Origin: Octopus vulgaris
Lineage: Eukaryota
Direction of reading: 5' to 3'
Assembly: GCA_951406725.2 (NCBI GenBank)
Contig: OX597831.1
Span: 4,836,001 to 4,900,000, forward strand
DNA length: 64,000 nucleotides
This document shows, one piece after another, positions 1 to 14,045 of the stretch; the first letter of the stretch is position 1, and each line of letters begins with the position of its first letter. The notes under the pieces were generated by a model, which was not told where the DNA came from, did not search any database, and worked only from the letters and a program-made list of their open reading frames with translations. Position numbers and translations under genes: made by a program.

Positions 1-645
1 CCGTGTGACTATTGCGCACATCATAATTATTTATAGATTTCACGAACAACAACCTTCTCGGTCATACATTAGGCCACACAAAAAGCAATGGTAAAAGATA
101 TTAATGGATATAATTATTCAGATGATTAGCAAAATAATGTTTTGTTTCTTTTAATCATTAGAATCAGCAAAATGAGTAAATAAAAATATAAACAAATTCT
201 AGATAAACACGCTTGTAGACATTTTAATGAAATATACAGGCACACACATTCTTTTAATTTCTCTTTATTCGCTCTCACTCTCTCTTTCTCTCTTTCTCTC
301 TTCATTTGTGTATGTATGTACACACTCCCCTACACAGATATAGTATGAAATACCACACAACATTGAGTCGAATTGCCTGTGAAGATGGGTGGGTGATGTA
401 ATGCATTTGTGCGTGTTTGTGTGTGTTCAAAACTCGATAATTCTTGTATATCAAATAGTTATATGTTTATAAACTGGAAAACAACTTCTTTTATGAGGAA
501 CGTATACCCAAAAATTACCATTTATATATATATATATATATATACACACAGACATTTATATACGTATATATGTAGATATATGTATGTAGTCGTATGTATA
601 AATGTATGTAATTGTACATATATATATGCATATATGTATACATAT

Positions 646-694
<49 letters not shown>

Positions 695-750
695 CACAGA
701 TATACATATATATCCATATATATATATACGTGTCTGTGTACATAAATGTA

Positions 751-782
<32 letters not shown>

Positions 783-960
783 AGCACAAATATATGTGTA
801 CATGTAAATACAGATATATGTATGCCTTATACATATAAACACAATTATATGTGTACATGTATATACAGATATATATGTATACCTTTGTATATACATATAT
901 ATATATGTATATATATATATACATACATACATACATACATACGTACATATATATATATAT

Positions 961-999
<39 letters not shown>

Positions 1000-1988
1000 T
1001 GTGTGTATGTCTTTCTTTTAGGTATATGCCTACATATAGATATGTGTGTATCTATTTTATTTAGGTATATACATTCCTTAAGAATGTTTTGCAGTTTACC
1101 AGTTTTTCATTTTCCTGTAAAAACAAGGAAACTTCATAAGACAACCCCGCCATCAACACCCCAACCACTCCCACCACCACCACCACCACCATTGCTACGT
1201 CCGTCACTACACAAACACAAACATACCAGACCCCCCCCAAAATTATCTCATAAGGGGGTGACCTCAGAAGAGGCCGGGTGAAATGTCGAAGGTTGATAGG
1301 AATTAGTTTCTATTAGTTTATAGATTTTGATTGTTTATAGACGCAATTGTTTCAGTTATCAAACAACAACAACAACAACAACAGTATCAAATATAGGAAT
1401 AGTAACAACAACAATAACAAGAACAATAACAAGAATGAGAAGTGAAACGAGTAAATATCATTGTGAACCCAAATATCTCTTGTAGAAAATAAAAAATAAT
1501 ACAAGTAAATAAATAAATAAAAAGCCAGGGAAAACTCACCGGAATTAGATTAATGTATTTTAACTCCTTTTTTCTAAACAATATCAATAAATATAAAGAG
1601 AGTGAAAGGGGGAGGAGAAGGGAAGAGAGGGATAATATAAAAGGAAGAGTGTGAGAGAGAGAGAGAGAGAAAGAGAGAGAGTGGTAAGGAAGGATGGAGA
1701 TGACGGAAATGAGATACAAAGAAAGACGTGGTGGGGGTGCCTGAAAACAGAGGATACCCTTGCAGAAGGAGAGAGAGAGTGAACGATACACATACATGCA
1801 AAAATACATATATATGTATATAAGGATATATATATATAAAGAGAGAGAGATATCGACAAAGAGAAGGATAGAAATAAAGAAAAAAGTATGTAGTGAAATA
1901 AACATACAGGGTGAGACATATATATATATATATATATATATAGTATATATATAGTATATATATATAGCGTGTGTGTGTCTAAACGTTC

Positions 1989-2032
<44 letters not shown>

Positions 2033-2290
2033 GAACGTTTAGACACACACACGCCCACACACACAGATAGGGGTAATATTGTATGTGTGTGTGAGAGAAA
2101 GAAAGAGAGAGAGGGTGAGAGAGAGTGAGAGAGAGAGAGACAGGCTGACAGACAGACAGAGACAAAGACAAAGAGACGGAGTGACAGAGAGATGAAGAGT
2201 AAACAGCAATTTTCAAGGAGAGAGAGAGACCGTTTGTATCACATAAATACATTTCTTCTTTTTCTTCTTGAAATCTTTCCTTTGACATAA

Positions 2291-2686
<396 letters not shown>

Positions 2687-3027
2687 ACAATGTAGATGAC
2701 CATGATTCTGTATTTGTTTGGTGTTTGTGATATGATTGTGCAGTAGTAGCAGCCGCAGCAGCAGCAGCAGTAGAGAAATGTTTCTCAGCCGGCCATACAT
2801 CTAATACTTATGATTATTTCATTGCTATCAATCACAATAAGTCACTTAAAAAACTATTAATCAACGTCCACCGAAAGACAAAACATTGGTAAAAACACAG
2901 CAAAACCTACTGAAATATGATAACATACAATGTAATGCGTAGAAATATATATATATATATAATGTATAATATATGTATGTATATATATATATATATATAC
3001 ATTTATACATACATATATATATATATA

Positions 3028-3069
<42 letters not shown>

Positions 3070-3192
3070 CATACATATGTGTACATAAGCTCCATATTCA
3101 TATATATATATATATAAATACATTTGTGTGTGTATACATATATGAATATATATATATATATATACACATATATACACATAGTCATCATATAA

Positions 3193-3249
<57 letters not shown>

Positions 3250-3712
3250 TACATACACATATACATATATATATATATATATATATTTGCATATGGAAAT
3301 ATAAATCTACATATATTCAAGTGTATAATCAAACACATACCACACAACTACACGCACATATACATACACACGCACACACACATACATTTGTATGTGTGTG
3401 TGTGTGTATGTGTGTGTGAATGCGCTACGCTGTATGAGGAAAAAAATCTTGTCAAAAACACACAGGCAAAAAATAAACCTGGAAAATAAATGTCGCAGTA
3501 AAGATGGAAACGATTTAGTGGTAGAAGTGGGAGGAGAGTTAACGCCGTGAGTCGAGGTAAGAGTAGGTGACAGGGCGAGAGAATGAATGAGTGAGAGAGG
3601 TAGAGCGAGAGGGGGAAAGACAGATAGAGGTGGAAGTTGAGTATATGTTATGTGTGAATGTATATGAGAGGAGGGAGGGGGAATTTGAGGTTGGGGTAAA
3701 CGAAGCTAATCA

Positions 3713-3771
<59 letters not shown>

Positions 3772-4711
3772 GCTTTTTATTTGATTCAGTAGTCGGGCTG
3801 TCGCGACCATGCTGGGACTTCGTCTATAAGGGTTTAGCTGAAAAAGTGACCATGGTACTACGGTGCAAACGAACCAACACCGGTTGTCAAAACGGCGGCG
3901 GTTGGGGACAGAGACGGTACAATGACACTCTTCTAGCTGTCTGTTTGTGTGTATGTGTGTATTTATGCGACGGGGTCCGTACAGTTTCCATCCACCAAAT
4001 ACTCTCACAAGGCTGTACTGGTGCTATAATTGGAGAATAAGTGGAAAATTGAATAAAATATTGACTGATGATGAGAATGGTCGCCCGGCTGAATATAAAT
4101 CCGGTGCATGCAACTGAGGCGTTATTCAGTTTAAATGCCTAATATAGCTTCATTTCCGAATACCAAATTCTACATTACAATTGTAATTCATCGAAGCAAG
4201 TAAGATATTCAACCACTGTGATTCTACTACTCTTCAGGTAGCCGATGCTATGACATTATTATCTGTATGGATTGAAAACAAACGAGAATTTAGCAGAAAT
4301 ATACTATCAGGAATGTTTAACACAGTTTGTCTCGCTCGCATATAGATGTTTCGGGGACTGTACCTCTCTTCAGCTAGCAATGAATGCGTATAACATTTTC
4401 ATGTATTTATGTGGTACAGGGAATTGGGCCCGCAATGACAAGGATACGGGAGACAGCCAGCGTTGATTAGATAGACAGGTATTCAGTATTTCAACCAGGG
4501 GTGAAAGGTCTTCACTAATAATCAAACAAAGCCGCAACAACAACAACAACAAAAAGACATTTTCAGAAAACAGAATCGTGTCTTTGAAACAGGTGGTGTA
4601 GTTGTGTGTGTGTGTGTTTGCGTGCGTATCAGGGAATTACTGAAGAAGCATATCAAAGAAAACAATGTTCCATGTTCAGTGAGTTTTGATACTCGATCAA
4701 ACTGTATTTTG

Positions 4712-5022
4712 TGTGCTAAGTAGCTTACTTACCAGCCACATGGTTTCGGGTTCAGTCCCACTGCGTAGCACCTTGAGCAAGTGTCTTCTACTATAGCCTC
4801 GGGCCGACCAAACTCTTGAGAGTGGATTTGGTAGAGGGAAACTGAAAGAAGCTCGTATTATACATTCCATATGTGTATGAGTGTGTGTGTTTGTGTATGT
4901 CTGTCCCCCACCGATGTAGGTTTGTCTACATCCCCGTAACCTGGTGATCATAATGAATCCTATAACTATTATATATATATACACACCCAGGACTCACACA
5001 CAAACACACACACACACACACT

Positions 5023-5085
<63 letters not shown>

Positions 5086-5157
5086 TATCATTACTCTTAT
5101 CATTACTCTTATCATTATATTACTATTTGGATTTTTCACTCCCTTTGACAACCTAAC

Positions 5158-5209
<52 letters not shown>

Positions 5210-5490
5210 TGTATGTATGTATGTATGTATGTATGTATGTATGTATGTATGTATGTATGTGTGTGTACGTATATATCTATGTGTTTCTGTATCTTCATGT
5301 TTCTCACCACAAGCACTGCTTAACAACCGGTGTTGGTTCCTGTAACTTAGCGGTTCGGCAAAAATGACCGATAGAATTTTTTGCCCCGCTTAGAAAGAAA
5401 GTAGTGGGGTCGATTTGTTCCACTAAACCTTCACAGTGATGCCCCCAGCATGGCCGCAGTCTAATGACTAAAAGAAGCAAAAGATAAACG
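4712..5490 (+). mobile_element. SINE family A pieces (head/body 4712-4943, tail 5295-5490)
   Basis: Homology to 23010-23490. Confidence 0.75.
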
Positions 5491-5759
5491 ATAACAGTGT
5501 TATTTTCAGAAGAGATATTCCTCCCTCTCTTCCATCAGCTTAAAAAAGAAAAAGAAAAGTCTGTGGGGAAAGAGAAGGAGGGACAAAATCCGAAGACTAG
5601 GGAGGTTAGTGAGAGAGAGAAGTGTTTTATGCTTTGCCAAAATGTTAACATATGAGTGTCACGTGACCATGCTTGCAGTCCAGATTTTCAATTTTCGTGT
5701 CTCTAGTTCCTTCGTAGAGAACGGGGCATCGAAATAATTATTGTGACGGGATTTCGTAA

Positions 5760-6075
5760 AACAAATTCAGATTTATACAAAGCCCTTTCCCTACAACGAC
5801 ACCTTCCATTCAACATTCATAACTGAACGAATCAGACACGACTTTTTAGTCATGGTGACGATGGTACAATCCACTGCAAAAGCTCCCTTTTCTCTTCCGA
5901 TATCAAAGCTGTATATCTAAGTTTTGTATTTGAAAACTGTCACAACAGATTTCAAAATGTTTTCATCAAAATTCGAACAATCAGACTTGTTCTAAGTGTA
6001 GCTCGGTGTTCTTTTTATGTCGTCTGTCAGTAGACGCTGCACACATTTTATGGCAACACGATTCATCTTAAAATT
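5760..6075 (-). mobile_element. Mariner transposase relic
   Basis: Frameshifted: KMNRVAIKCVQRLLTDD (cf. WVPRLLT), ILKSVVT...T*IYSFD (cf. ITGDETWVY), LQWIVPSSP. Confidence 0.65.
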
Positions 6076-6079
6076 TTTC

Positions 6080-6650
6080 CCTTTTACTTGTTTTAGTCAT
6101 TTGACTGTGACCATGCTGGAGCACCACCTTTAGTCGAGCAAATCGACCCCAGGACTTATTCCTTGTAAGCCTAGTACTTATTCTATCGGTCTGTTTTGCC
6201 TAACCGCTAGGTAACAGGAACGTAAACACACAACCTTCGGTTGTCAAGCAATGTTGGGAGGGTTGAACAAACACAGACATAGAAACACACACACACACAC
6301 ACATATTAGGGAGTTATAGCCACGAAACGTACGTAGTCTTTTTACTTATTATATACTGTTTATTTATTATTATGTACTTTTTTTATCTAGATATATGTTT
6401 TATCATATATTTTATTTTTCTATATGATATGGTTTATGTCTACCATTGTTTGAATTACATTATAGTGGTTTTTCTCTAATTTATATATATATATACGACT
6501 GGCTTCTTTCAGTTTCCGTCAACCAAATCCACTCGCAAGGCTTTGGTCGGCCCGAGGCTATAGTAGAAGATACTTGCCCAAGGTGCCACGCAGTGGGACT
6601 GTACCCAGAACCATGTGGCTGGTAAGTAAGCTACTTACCACACAGCCACT
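6080..6650 (-). mobile_element. SINE family A with a ~175-bp AT-rich insertion in its internal microsatellite
   Basis: Tail at 6080-6300, head at 6495-6650, unrelated sequence between. Confidence 0.85.
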
Positions 6651-6744
6651 CTTTCTTTCTACATCCTATCTTTTTACGGATTCCAACTTCTTTAGCAACT
6701 TCACAGACAGCCAGACGTTTTATTTTCTTAGGTTACAGGCGGAC

Positions 6745-6908
6745 CGAGTTCAAATCCCGCCGAGGTCGACTTTGCCTTTCATCCTTTCGGGGTCGATTAA
6801 ATAAGTACCAGTTACGCACTGGGGTCGATATAATCGACTTAATCCGTCTGTCTGTCCTTGTTTGTCCTCTCTGTGTTTAGCCCCTGGTGGGTAGTAAAGA
6901 AATAGGTA
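6745..6908 (+). mobile_element. 5'-truncated SINE B (others near 19376-19550 +, 19665-19815 -, 27255-27385 +, 32125-32318 -, 33290-33395 -)
   Basis: Homology to 18346-18576. Confidence 0.8.
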
Positions 6909-7089
6909 ACGTTGCGGTTCCAGTACGTGAAAGGTAATATAGATTCGAAATTGTGTTTGGCGAATGTTCTTCTCTATTCGAAGATCTGGTCCTTCCAGTT
7001 GCAATGCTCAACCAATTCTATCCTGAGACCAATTTTAACATTTAAAAAGTTTCAAGAATAAATTTGAGAAATAATTTCACACAAACAAT

Positions 7090-7201
7090 AGGCGCAGGAG
7101 TGGCTGTGTGGTAAGTAGCTTGTGTGCCTGTGTTTGTCCCTCTAGCATTGCTTGACAACCGATGCTGGTGTATTTACATCCCCGTCAACTAGCGGTTCGG
7201 T
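7090..7201 (+). mobile_element. Internally deleted SINE A flanked by 32-bp direct repeats
   Basis: agaataaatttgagaaataatttcacacaaac at 7055-7086 and 7202-7233. Confidence 0.85.
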
Positions 7202-7409
7202 AGAATAAATTTGAGAAATAATTTCACACAAACCCGTTGCTCGTGCAAATTCTTCCTTCATCGTCTGATTAATAACAAACCACCAGATGCACTAAGTACA
7301 TGTTCACTGTACTACATGATGACAGAGGAATTACTGATGTACTGTGGTGTGGCTAATATTTGGTTGAAAATCGGGAACACCTACTATTGAAGTTGCAAGG
7401 ACATTGTGG

Positions 7410-7905
7410 TCTTCTTCTTCTTCTTCTTCTTCTTCTTCTTCTTCTTCTTCTTCTTCTTCTTCTTCTTCTTCTTCTTCTTCTTCTTCTTCTTCCTTCTTCT
7501 TCTTCTTCCTTCTTCTTTTTTTTCTTCTTCCTTCTTCTTCTTCTTCTTTTTCTTCTCTTCTTCTTCTTCTTTTTCTTCTTCTTCTTCTTCTTCTTCTTCT
7601 TCTTCTTCTTCTTCTTCTTCTTCTTCTTCTTCTTCTTCTTCTTCTTCTTCTTCTTCTTCTTCTTCTTCTTCTTCTTCTTCTTCTTCTTCTTCTTCTTCTT
7701 CTTCTTCTTCTTCTTCTTCTTCTTCTTCTTCTTCTTCTTCTTCTTCTTCTTCTTCTTCTTCTTCTTCTTCTTCTTCTTCTTCTTTTCTTCTTCTTCTTCT
7801 TCTTCCTTCTTCTTCTTCTTTTTCTTCTTCTTCTTCTTCTTCTTCTTCTTCTTCTTCTTCTTCTTCTTCTTCTTCTTCTTCTTCTTCTTCTTCTTCTTCT
7901 TCTTC
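7410..7905. repeat. (TTC)n microsatellite, ~495 bp
   Basis: Direct; nearly pure polypyrimidine tract. Confidence 0.98.
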
Positions 7906-8329
7906 CAATCAGGGCTCACATGCCACAAAGAATAATTTCTAATTCGAGCCTACTCTAAGCTATTAAGAATGCTTGTGGCAACATGAAGATCCACCCACCA
8001 CAAGCGATAGACTGGCAGTTGCATGGGCGCGAAAGTTACGTTGTTATCCTCATTCCGTAAACGGTGGCTTTTAACGTGTGGAGAGCTGAACCATCCTGGA
8101 GTACAGAGGATTCGCAATCTAGACTAGGGTCTGAAAGTTTACCAAACCATAGTGGGTTACACTTTGGTTCCTCTGCTTTGTGGCAGAAATAGGACGAAAG
8201 AATGAGGGAAAGTTGTGGTGAAAGAGTACAGCGGGGTTCATCCCCGCCCCGCTGGAGCCTCGTAGAGCTTAGGTGTTTTCCTCAATAAATGCTCACAATG
8301 CCCGGTCTGGGAATCGAAACCGCGTTTTT

Positions 8330-8709
8330 CTCAGTTTTGCCGGTTGCGGCTCCCAGAACGTTCGTCAATATCGACATTGTTTCAACCATCATGAAAACGT
8401 CTGAACCACTCATACATTTGTGTGCGGCTCTCCATACACTCTTCTCCATACACTTTCTGCAACTTTGCGCAGGCCTTTGACCTGGTATCGCCATGACAAC
8501 TTTCTCTGTCATGGTCAATGCGACGATCACACGCTACACATCTTCCTTCCAAGCACTGCTGTAAACTGCGAAACTGAGCTAGAAAGTTAAAACTTAGTGC
8601 GCATGCACAATAGAGTTGAAGTTCGGTCTTTGCCCAGGAGCTTCACTCTGCGTGCTTTAGCTTCGTTACTATGGCAGCAGCCGTGATATTTATTGATCAG
8701 ATCTCGTAT
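8330..8709 (-). mobile_element. Mariner 5' end with TIR and N-terminal HTH relic
   Basis: TIR-like TACGAGATCTGATCAATAAATATC on the - strand; AKLQKVYGEECMESRTQMYEWFRRFHDG*NNVDIDERSG. Confidence 0.8.
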
Positions 8710-9259
8710 ATATGTTCGTGTGTGTGCATATGTACGTGTGTGTGCGTATGTGTGTGTGTGCATGCGCACATATTCATAAGTTTGTGCATAAGAATATAGT
8801 AACATACAGTGATGAAGCCACAAGCACACACACACACTATCGTATTCGTGCTACACACACACTCTTTCGTTGATCCATTATCATTATGGAGATATACACA
8901 TACGTATATGCATACATGTATATATATGAACACATATGAGTATATATATATATATGTGTGTGTGTGCGTGTGTGCGCGTTTGTGTGTGTGTGTATGTGTG
9001 TGTGTGTGTGTGTATACGTGTGTATATGTGATTTTGTCATATGTGTGTTTTAATTGCTTTTCGCCTAAATATAAAATTGAACAGAAATGTGTTATATTCG
9101 TGTTATATATATATATATATATATATACATTTATATCTGTGTGTATATATGTGTCATATATGTATGTATGTGCATGTGTGTGTGCTTCTGTGTGTATGTG
9201 TGTGTGTGTGTATACAAGGGCGTACGGATGTATGTATATGTATATGTGTAGACACACAC

Positions 9260-10025
9260 ACATACAGAACTATATTATAATACAATTCATGTTCAATGTG
9301 AATATCCTGATTATCACACAAAAAAACTCCGCCTCTATTTTGCTACTCTCTCTCTCTCTCTTTCACTCTCTCTCTCTCTCTTTCTCTCTGTCCCTCCCTC
9401 TGCCCCTTTCTCACGTTTTCCCTCCTCCCTCTCCCTGTCTCCCGCTTCCTTCCTCCCACCACAACCCAACATCTTCATATTTATTCCTTGTAAAAACAAA
9501 CCATAAATCTTCGTCTTCTCTTTCGTATTTACTGTTTTATTGTGTTGCTGTATCAAAGACGTTTTGATTGGGTATTAATCATCCCATCCATCCTGGCCCA
9601 TCCCCACTTAGCGCCACACAGTTTGTGACAATTCAAACATACAGAACTATATTATAATACAATTTCTCTCTCTCTCACTCTCTCTCTCTCTTTCACTCTC
9701 TCTCTCTCTCTGTCCCTCCCTCTGCCCCTTTCTCACTTTTTCCCTCCTCCCTCTCCCTGTCTCCCGCTTCCTTCCTCCCACCACAACCCAACATCTTCAT
9801 ATTTATTCCTTCATACACACACTCACACATACACATACATATTCATACACGTACATTCACACATTCACTCATAGACACGATCACACATTCACAAACGCAC
9901 ACACATACGCACACACACACACACAAACGAACGCACACACACACACACACACACGCACACACAAACGCATACACATTCAAACATAGCACGCGCACACAAA
10001 TTGATATACACATACACATCTACAA

Positions 10026-10082
<57 letters not shown>

Positions 10083-10187
10083 CACACACACACACACATA
10101 CAAATACACACACAATCACACATTCACTCATAGACACGATCACACATTCACACACGCACACACATACGCACACACACACACACACAA

Positions 10188-10223
<36 letters not shown>

Positions 10224-10433
10224 ATACACAGTAACACACGCGCTTACATCCGCATACATACACACACGCATTCACACACAGAGTCACACACGCGCTCCCA
10301 CATACTCATACACACTCTCACATATTCACACTTATATACATTCATACACACACTCACACATACACATACATATTCATACACGTACATTCACACATTCACT
10401 CATAGACACGATCACATTCATACACACACACAC

Positions 10434-10496
<63 letters not shown>

Positions 10497-10594
10497 CAAA
10501 CGCATACACATACATATTCATACACGCACATTCACACATTCACTCATAGACACAATCACACATTCACACACGCACACACATACGCACACACACA

Positions 10595-10639
<45 letters not shown>

Positions 10640-10795
10640 ATACACAGATATACACATGCTTCTCTCTGTTTCCCTCTCTTACTACATTGATGTATTTCGT
10701 TTTACTTTCTCCCTCCACCCGTAACCATCCCCTCTTAGCTTCTTGTGCTGTTTGGGGGGCATTTTACCAACTCAGTGGTACATAAATACATACAT

Positions 10796-10837
<42 letters not shown>

Positions 10838-11160
10838 TCATACACGCACATTCACACATTCACTCATAGACACATATCACACATTCACACACGCACACAC
10901 ATACGCACAAAGCTTCGAGGAAACCCATATGACTTGCGGCGAGCTGGCAGAAACGTTAGCACGCACACAAACGCATACACATACACATACACAGATATAC
11001 ACATGCTTCTTTCTGTTTCCCTCTCTTACTACATTGATGTATTTCGTTTTACTTTCTCCCTCCACCCGTAACCATCACCTCTTAACTTCCTGTGCTGTTT
11101 TGGGGAACATTTTACCAACTCAGTGGTACATAAATACACACATCCACACACATCCACACG
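9260..11160. repeat. Mosaic of local duplications in a (CA)n-rich tract
   Basis: 9261-9490 partly recurs at 9638-9811; 10640-10800 recurs at 10985-11150; cacattcactcatagacac occurs five times. Confidence 0.85.
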
Positions 11161-11191
11161 CCTTCTGATTCAGGTCCTCCGTTGCCCTTCG

Positions 11192-12633
11192 GCCCACTGT
11201 GGGTAGTAAAGAAATAGGTATTTCGTCTGCGTTACGTTCTGAGTTCAAATTCCGCCGAGATCGACTTTGCCTTTCATCCTTTCAGGGTCGATAAATTAAG
11301 TATCAGTTACGCACTGGGGGGCGATATAATCGACTTAATCCGTTTGTCCTTGTTTGTCCCTTCTGTGTTTAGCCCACTGTGGGTAGTAAAGAAATAGGTA
11401 TTTCGTCTGCGTTACGTTCTGAGTTCAAATTCCGCCGAGATCGACTTTGCCTTTCATCCTTTCAGGGTCGATAAATTAAGTATCAGTTACGCACTGGGGG
11501 GCGATATAATCGACTTAATCCGTTTATCCTTGTTTGTCCCTTCTGTGTTTAGCCCACTGTGCGAAATGCGTAGCCGTATTTCGTCTGCCGTTACGTCCTA
11601 AGTTCAAATTCCGCCGAGATCGACTTTGCCTTTTATCCTTTCAGGGTCGATAAATTAAGTATCAGTTACGCACTGGGGGGCGATATAATCGACTTAATCC
11701 GTTTGTCCTTGTTTGTCCCTTCTGTGTTTAGCCCACTGTGGGTAGTAAAGAAATAGGTATTTCGTCTGCGTTACGTTCTGAGTTCAAATTCCGCCGAGAT
11801 CGACTTTGCCTTTCATCCTTTCAGGGTCGATAAATTAAATATCAGTTACGCACTGGGGGGCGATATAATCGACTTAATCCGTTTGTCCTTGTTTGTCCCT
11901 TCTGTGTTTAGCCCACTGTGGGTAGTAAAGAAATAGGTATTTCGTCTGCGTTACGTTCTGAGTTCAAATTCCGCCGAGATCGACTTTGCCTTTCATCCTT
12001 TCAGGGTCGATAAATTAAGTATCAGTTACGCACTGGGGGGCGATATAATCGACTTAATCCGTTTGTCCTTGTTTGTCCCTTCTGTGTTTAGCCCACTGTG
12101 GGTAGTAAATAAATAGGTATTTCGTCTGCGTTACGTTCTGAGTTCAAATTCCGCCGAGATCGACTTTGCCTTTCATCCTTTCAGGGTCGATAAATTAAGT
12201 ATCAGTTACGCACTGGGGGGCGATATAATCGACTTAATCCGTTTGTCCTTGTTTGTCCCTTCTGTGTTTAGCCCACTGTGGGTAGTAAAGAAATGGGTAT
12301 TTCGTCTGCGTTACGTTCTGAGTTCAAATTCCACCGGGGTCGACTTTGCCTTTCATCCTTTCGGGGTCGATAAATTAAGTACCAGTTACGCACTGGGGGC
12401 GATATATTCGACTTAATCCGTTTCTCTGTCCTTGTTTGTCCTCTCTGTATTTAGCCCCTTGTGGGTAGTAAAGAAATAGGTATTTCGTCTGCGTTATGTT
12501 CTGAGTTCAAATTCTGCCGAGGTGGACTTTGCCTTTTATGCCTTCGGGGTCGATTAAATAAGTACCATTTACGCACTGGGTTTGATGTAATCGACTTAAT
12601 CCCTTTCTCTGTCCTTTTTTGTCCCCTCCGTGT
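11192..12633 (+). repeat. Tandem array of 8 x ~180-bp units derived from SINE family B
   Basis: Units start at 11192, 11372, 11552, 11731, 11911, 12091, 12271 and 12454; each keeps the B-box gagttcaaattcc and the body gcctttcatcctttc.gggtcgataaa. Confidence 0.95.
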
Positions 12634-12950
12634 ATATATATATGTATATATATCAATAATAATAAAGGGTAAAATTAATTAATTAATTAATTAATAGTTA
12701 ATAACTTTACCAAGTAGTTCGGCATGCTAAAAGAACTATTATTGGTAAACTTAAACAAATTTTTTTATAATTATGAGTATAATTATAATTAGGGTTCAGC
12801 AAAAAATTTGCTTCACCACATACCGAAATTCAGAAAGAGCAGTAAAAACTAGCTATTTCACTGCTATGGGTGCTATTCCTAAATTATTGTTTGGTGAAAC
12901 AAATTTTTTGCTGAACCCTAATTATAATTATACTCATAATTATAAAAAAT

Positions 12951-13339
<389 letters not shown>

Positions 13340-13407
13340 AATAAATAAATATATACATATATATATATATAGATAGATATATGATAAATGAGTAAATATT
13401 CGAATTT

Positions 13408-13789
13408 TTATTACCTCCGCCTTAGCGAAGGCAGAGATATTGTTTTCAGTAGTGCTTGCTTCTTTGTTTGTCCCTGGACAAGGTATCTCAAGAGCTGCTG
13501 GATGGATTCGGATGAAACTTTCAGGGATGTTTAGTCTCGTAACTGGCACGAACTAATTTGACTTGGGTATCGATCTGATACCGGACAAGGATTCTGGATT
13601 ATTTTTCATGTTTTTTTTGTTTTTTTACTTAATTTTAGAGAGCGGTCGAGTTCATTTTTAGTATTCTCGATTGTGAGAGCAGTAGAGTTTATTTCAGATA
13701 TTCTCATTTTAAAAATTACCTCAGGCGAATCGTTGAGAGGTCGCTGATATTGCCTTGGAGGAGGTTTGCGCTCTCTGAGTGCTCTTGTT
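13408..13789 (+). mobile_element. Helentron-associated non-autonomous element (HINE/DINE-1-like)
   Basis: 5' TTATTACCTCCGCC; inverted subterminal match ggaggaggt near the 3' end, followed by hairpin gcgctc-tct-gagtgc and cttgtt. Confidence 0.7.
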
Positions 13790-14045
13790 ACTATTGTTAT
13801 CATTAGCAGTAAATACATAAATAATTAATAATAATAGCAATAATAATATTACTGGTCAGTAAGCAATTATGCCGTTATATGGCAAATCAATAAAATTTTA
13901 TAACTAATAAATAATTATAATTATTTCTGATGGCCTTTTACGATTTTCCGTTATTTTGGTGGCTTGTTTGAGTATTTCAACTCTTATTTTTAGCAAGCTG
14001 GTACTTAGTGTACCCTCTATTATAATCAATTATTAGATATAAAAT

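Noticed and set aside
11192-12633. Array as a CRISPR locus or tRNA gene cluster
   Set aside because: Whole 180-bp units repeat with no unique spacers, there are no cas genes, the units are SINE-derived, and no complete cloverleaf is present.
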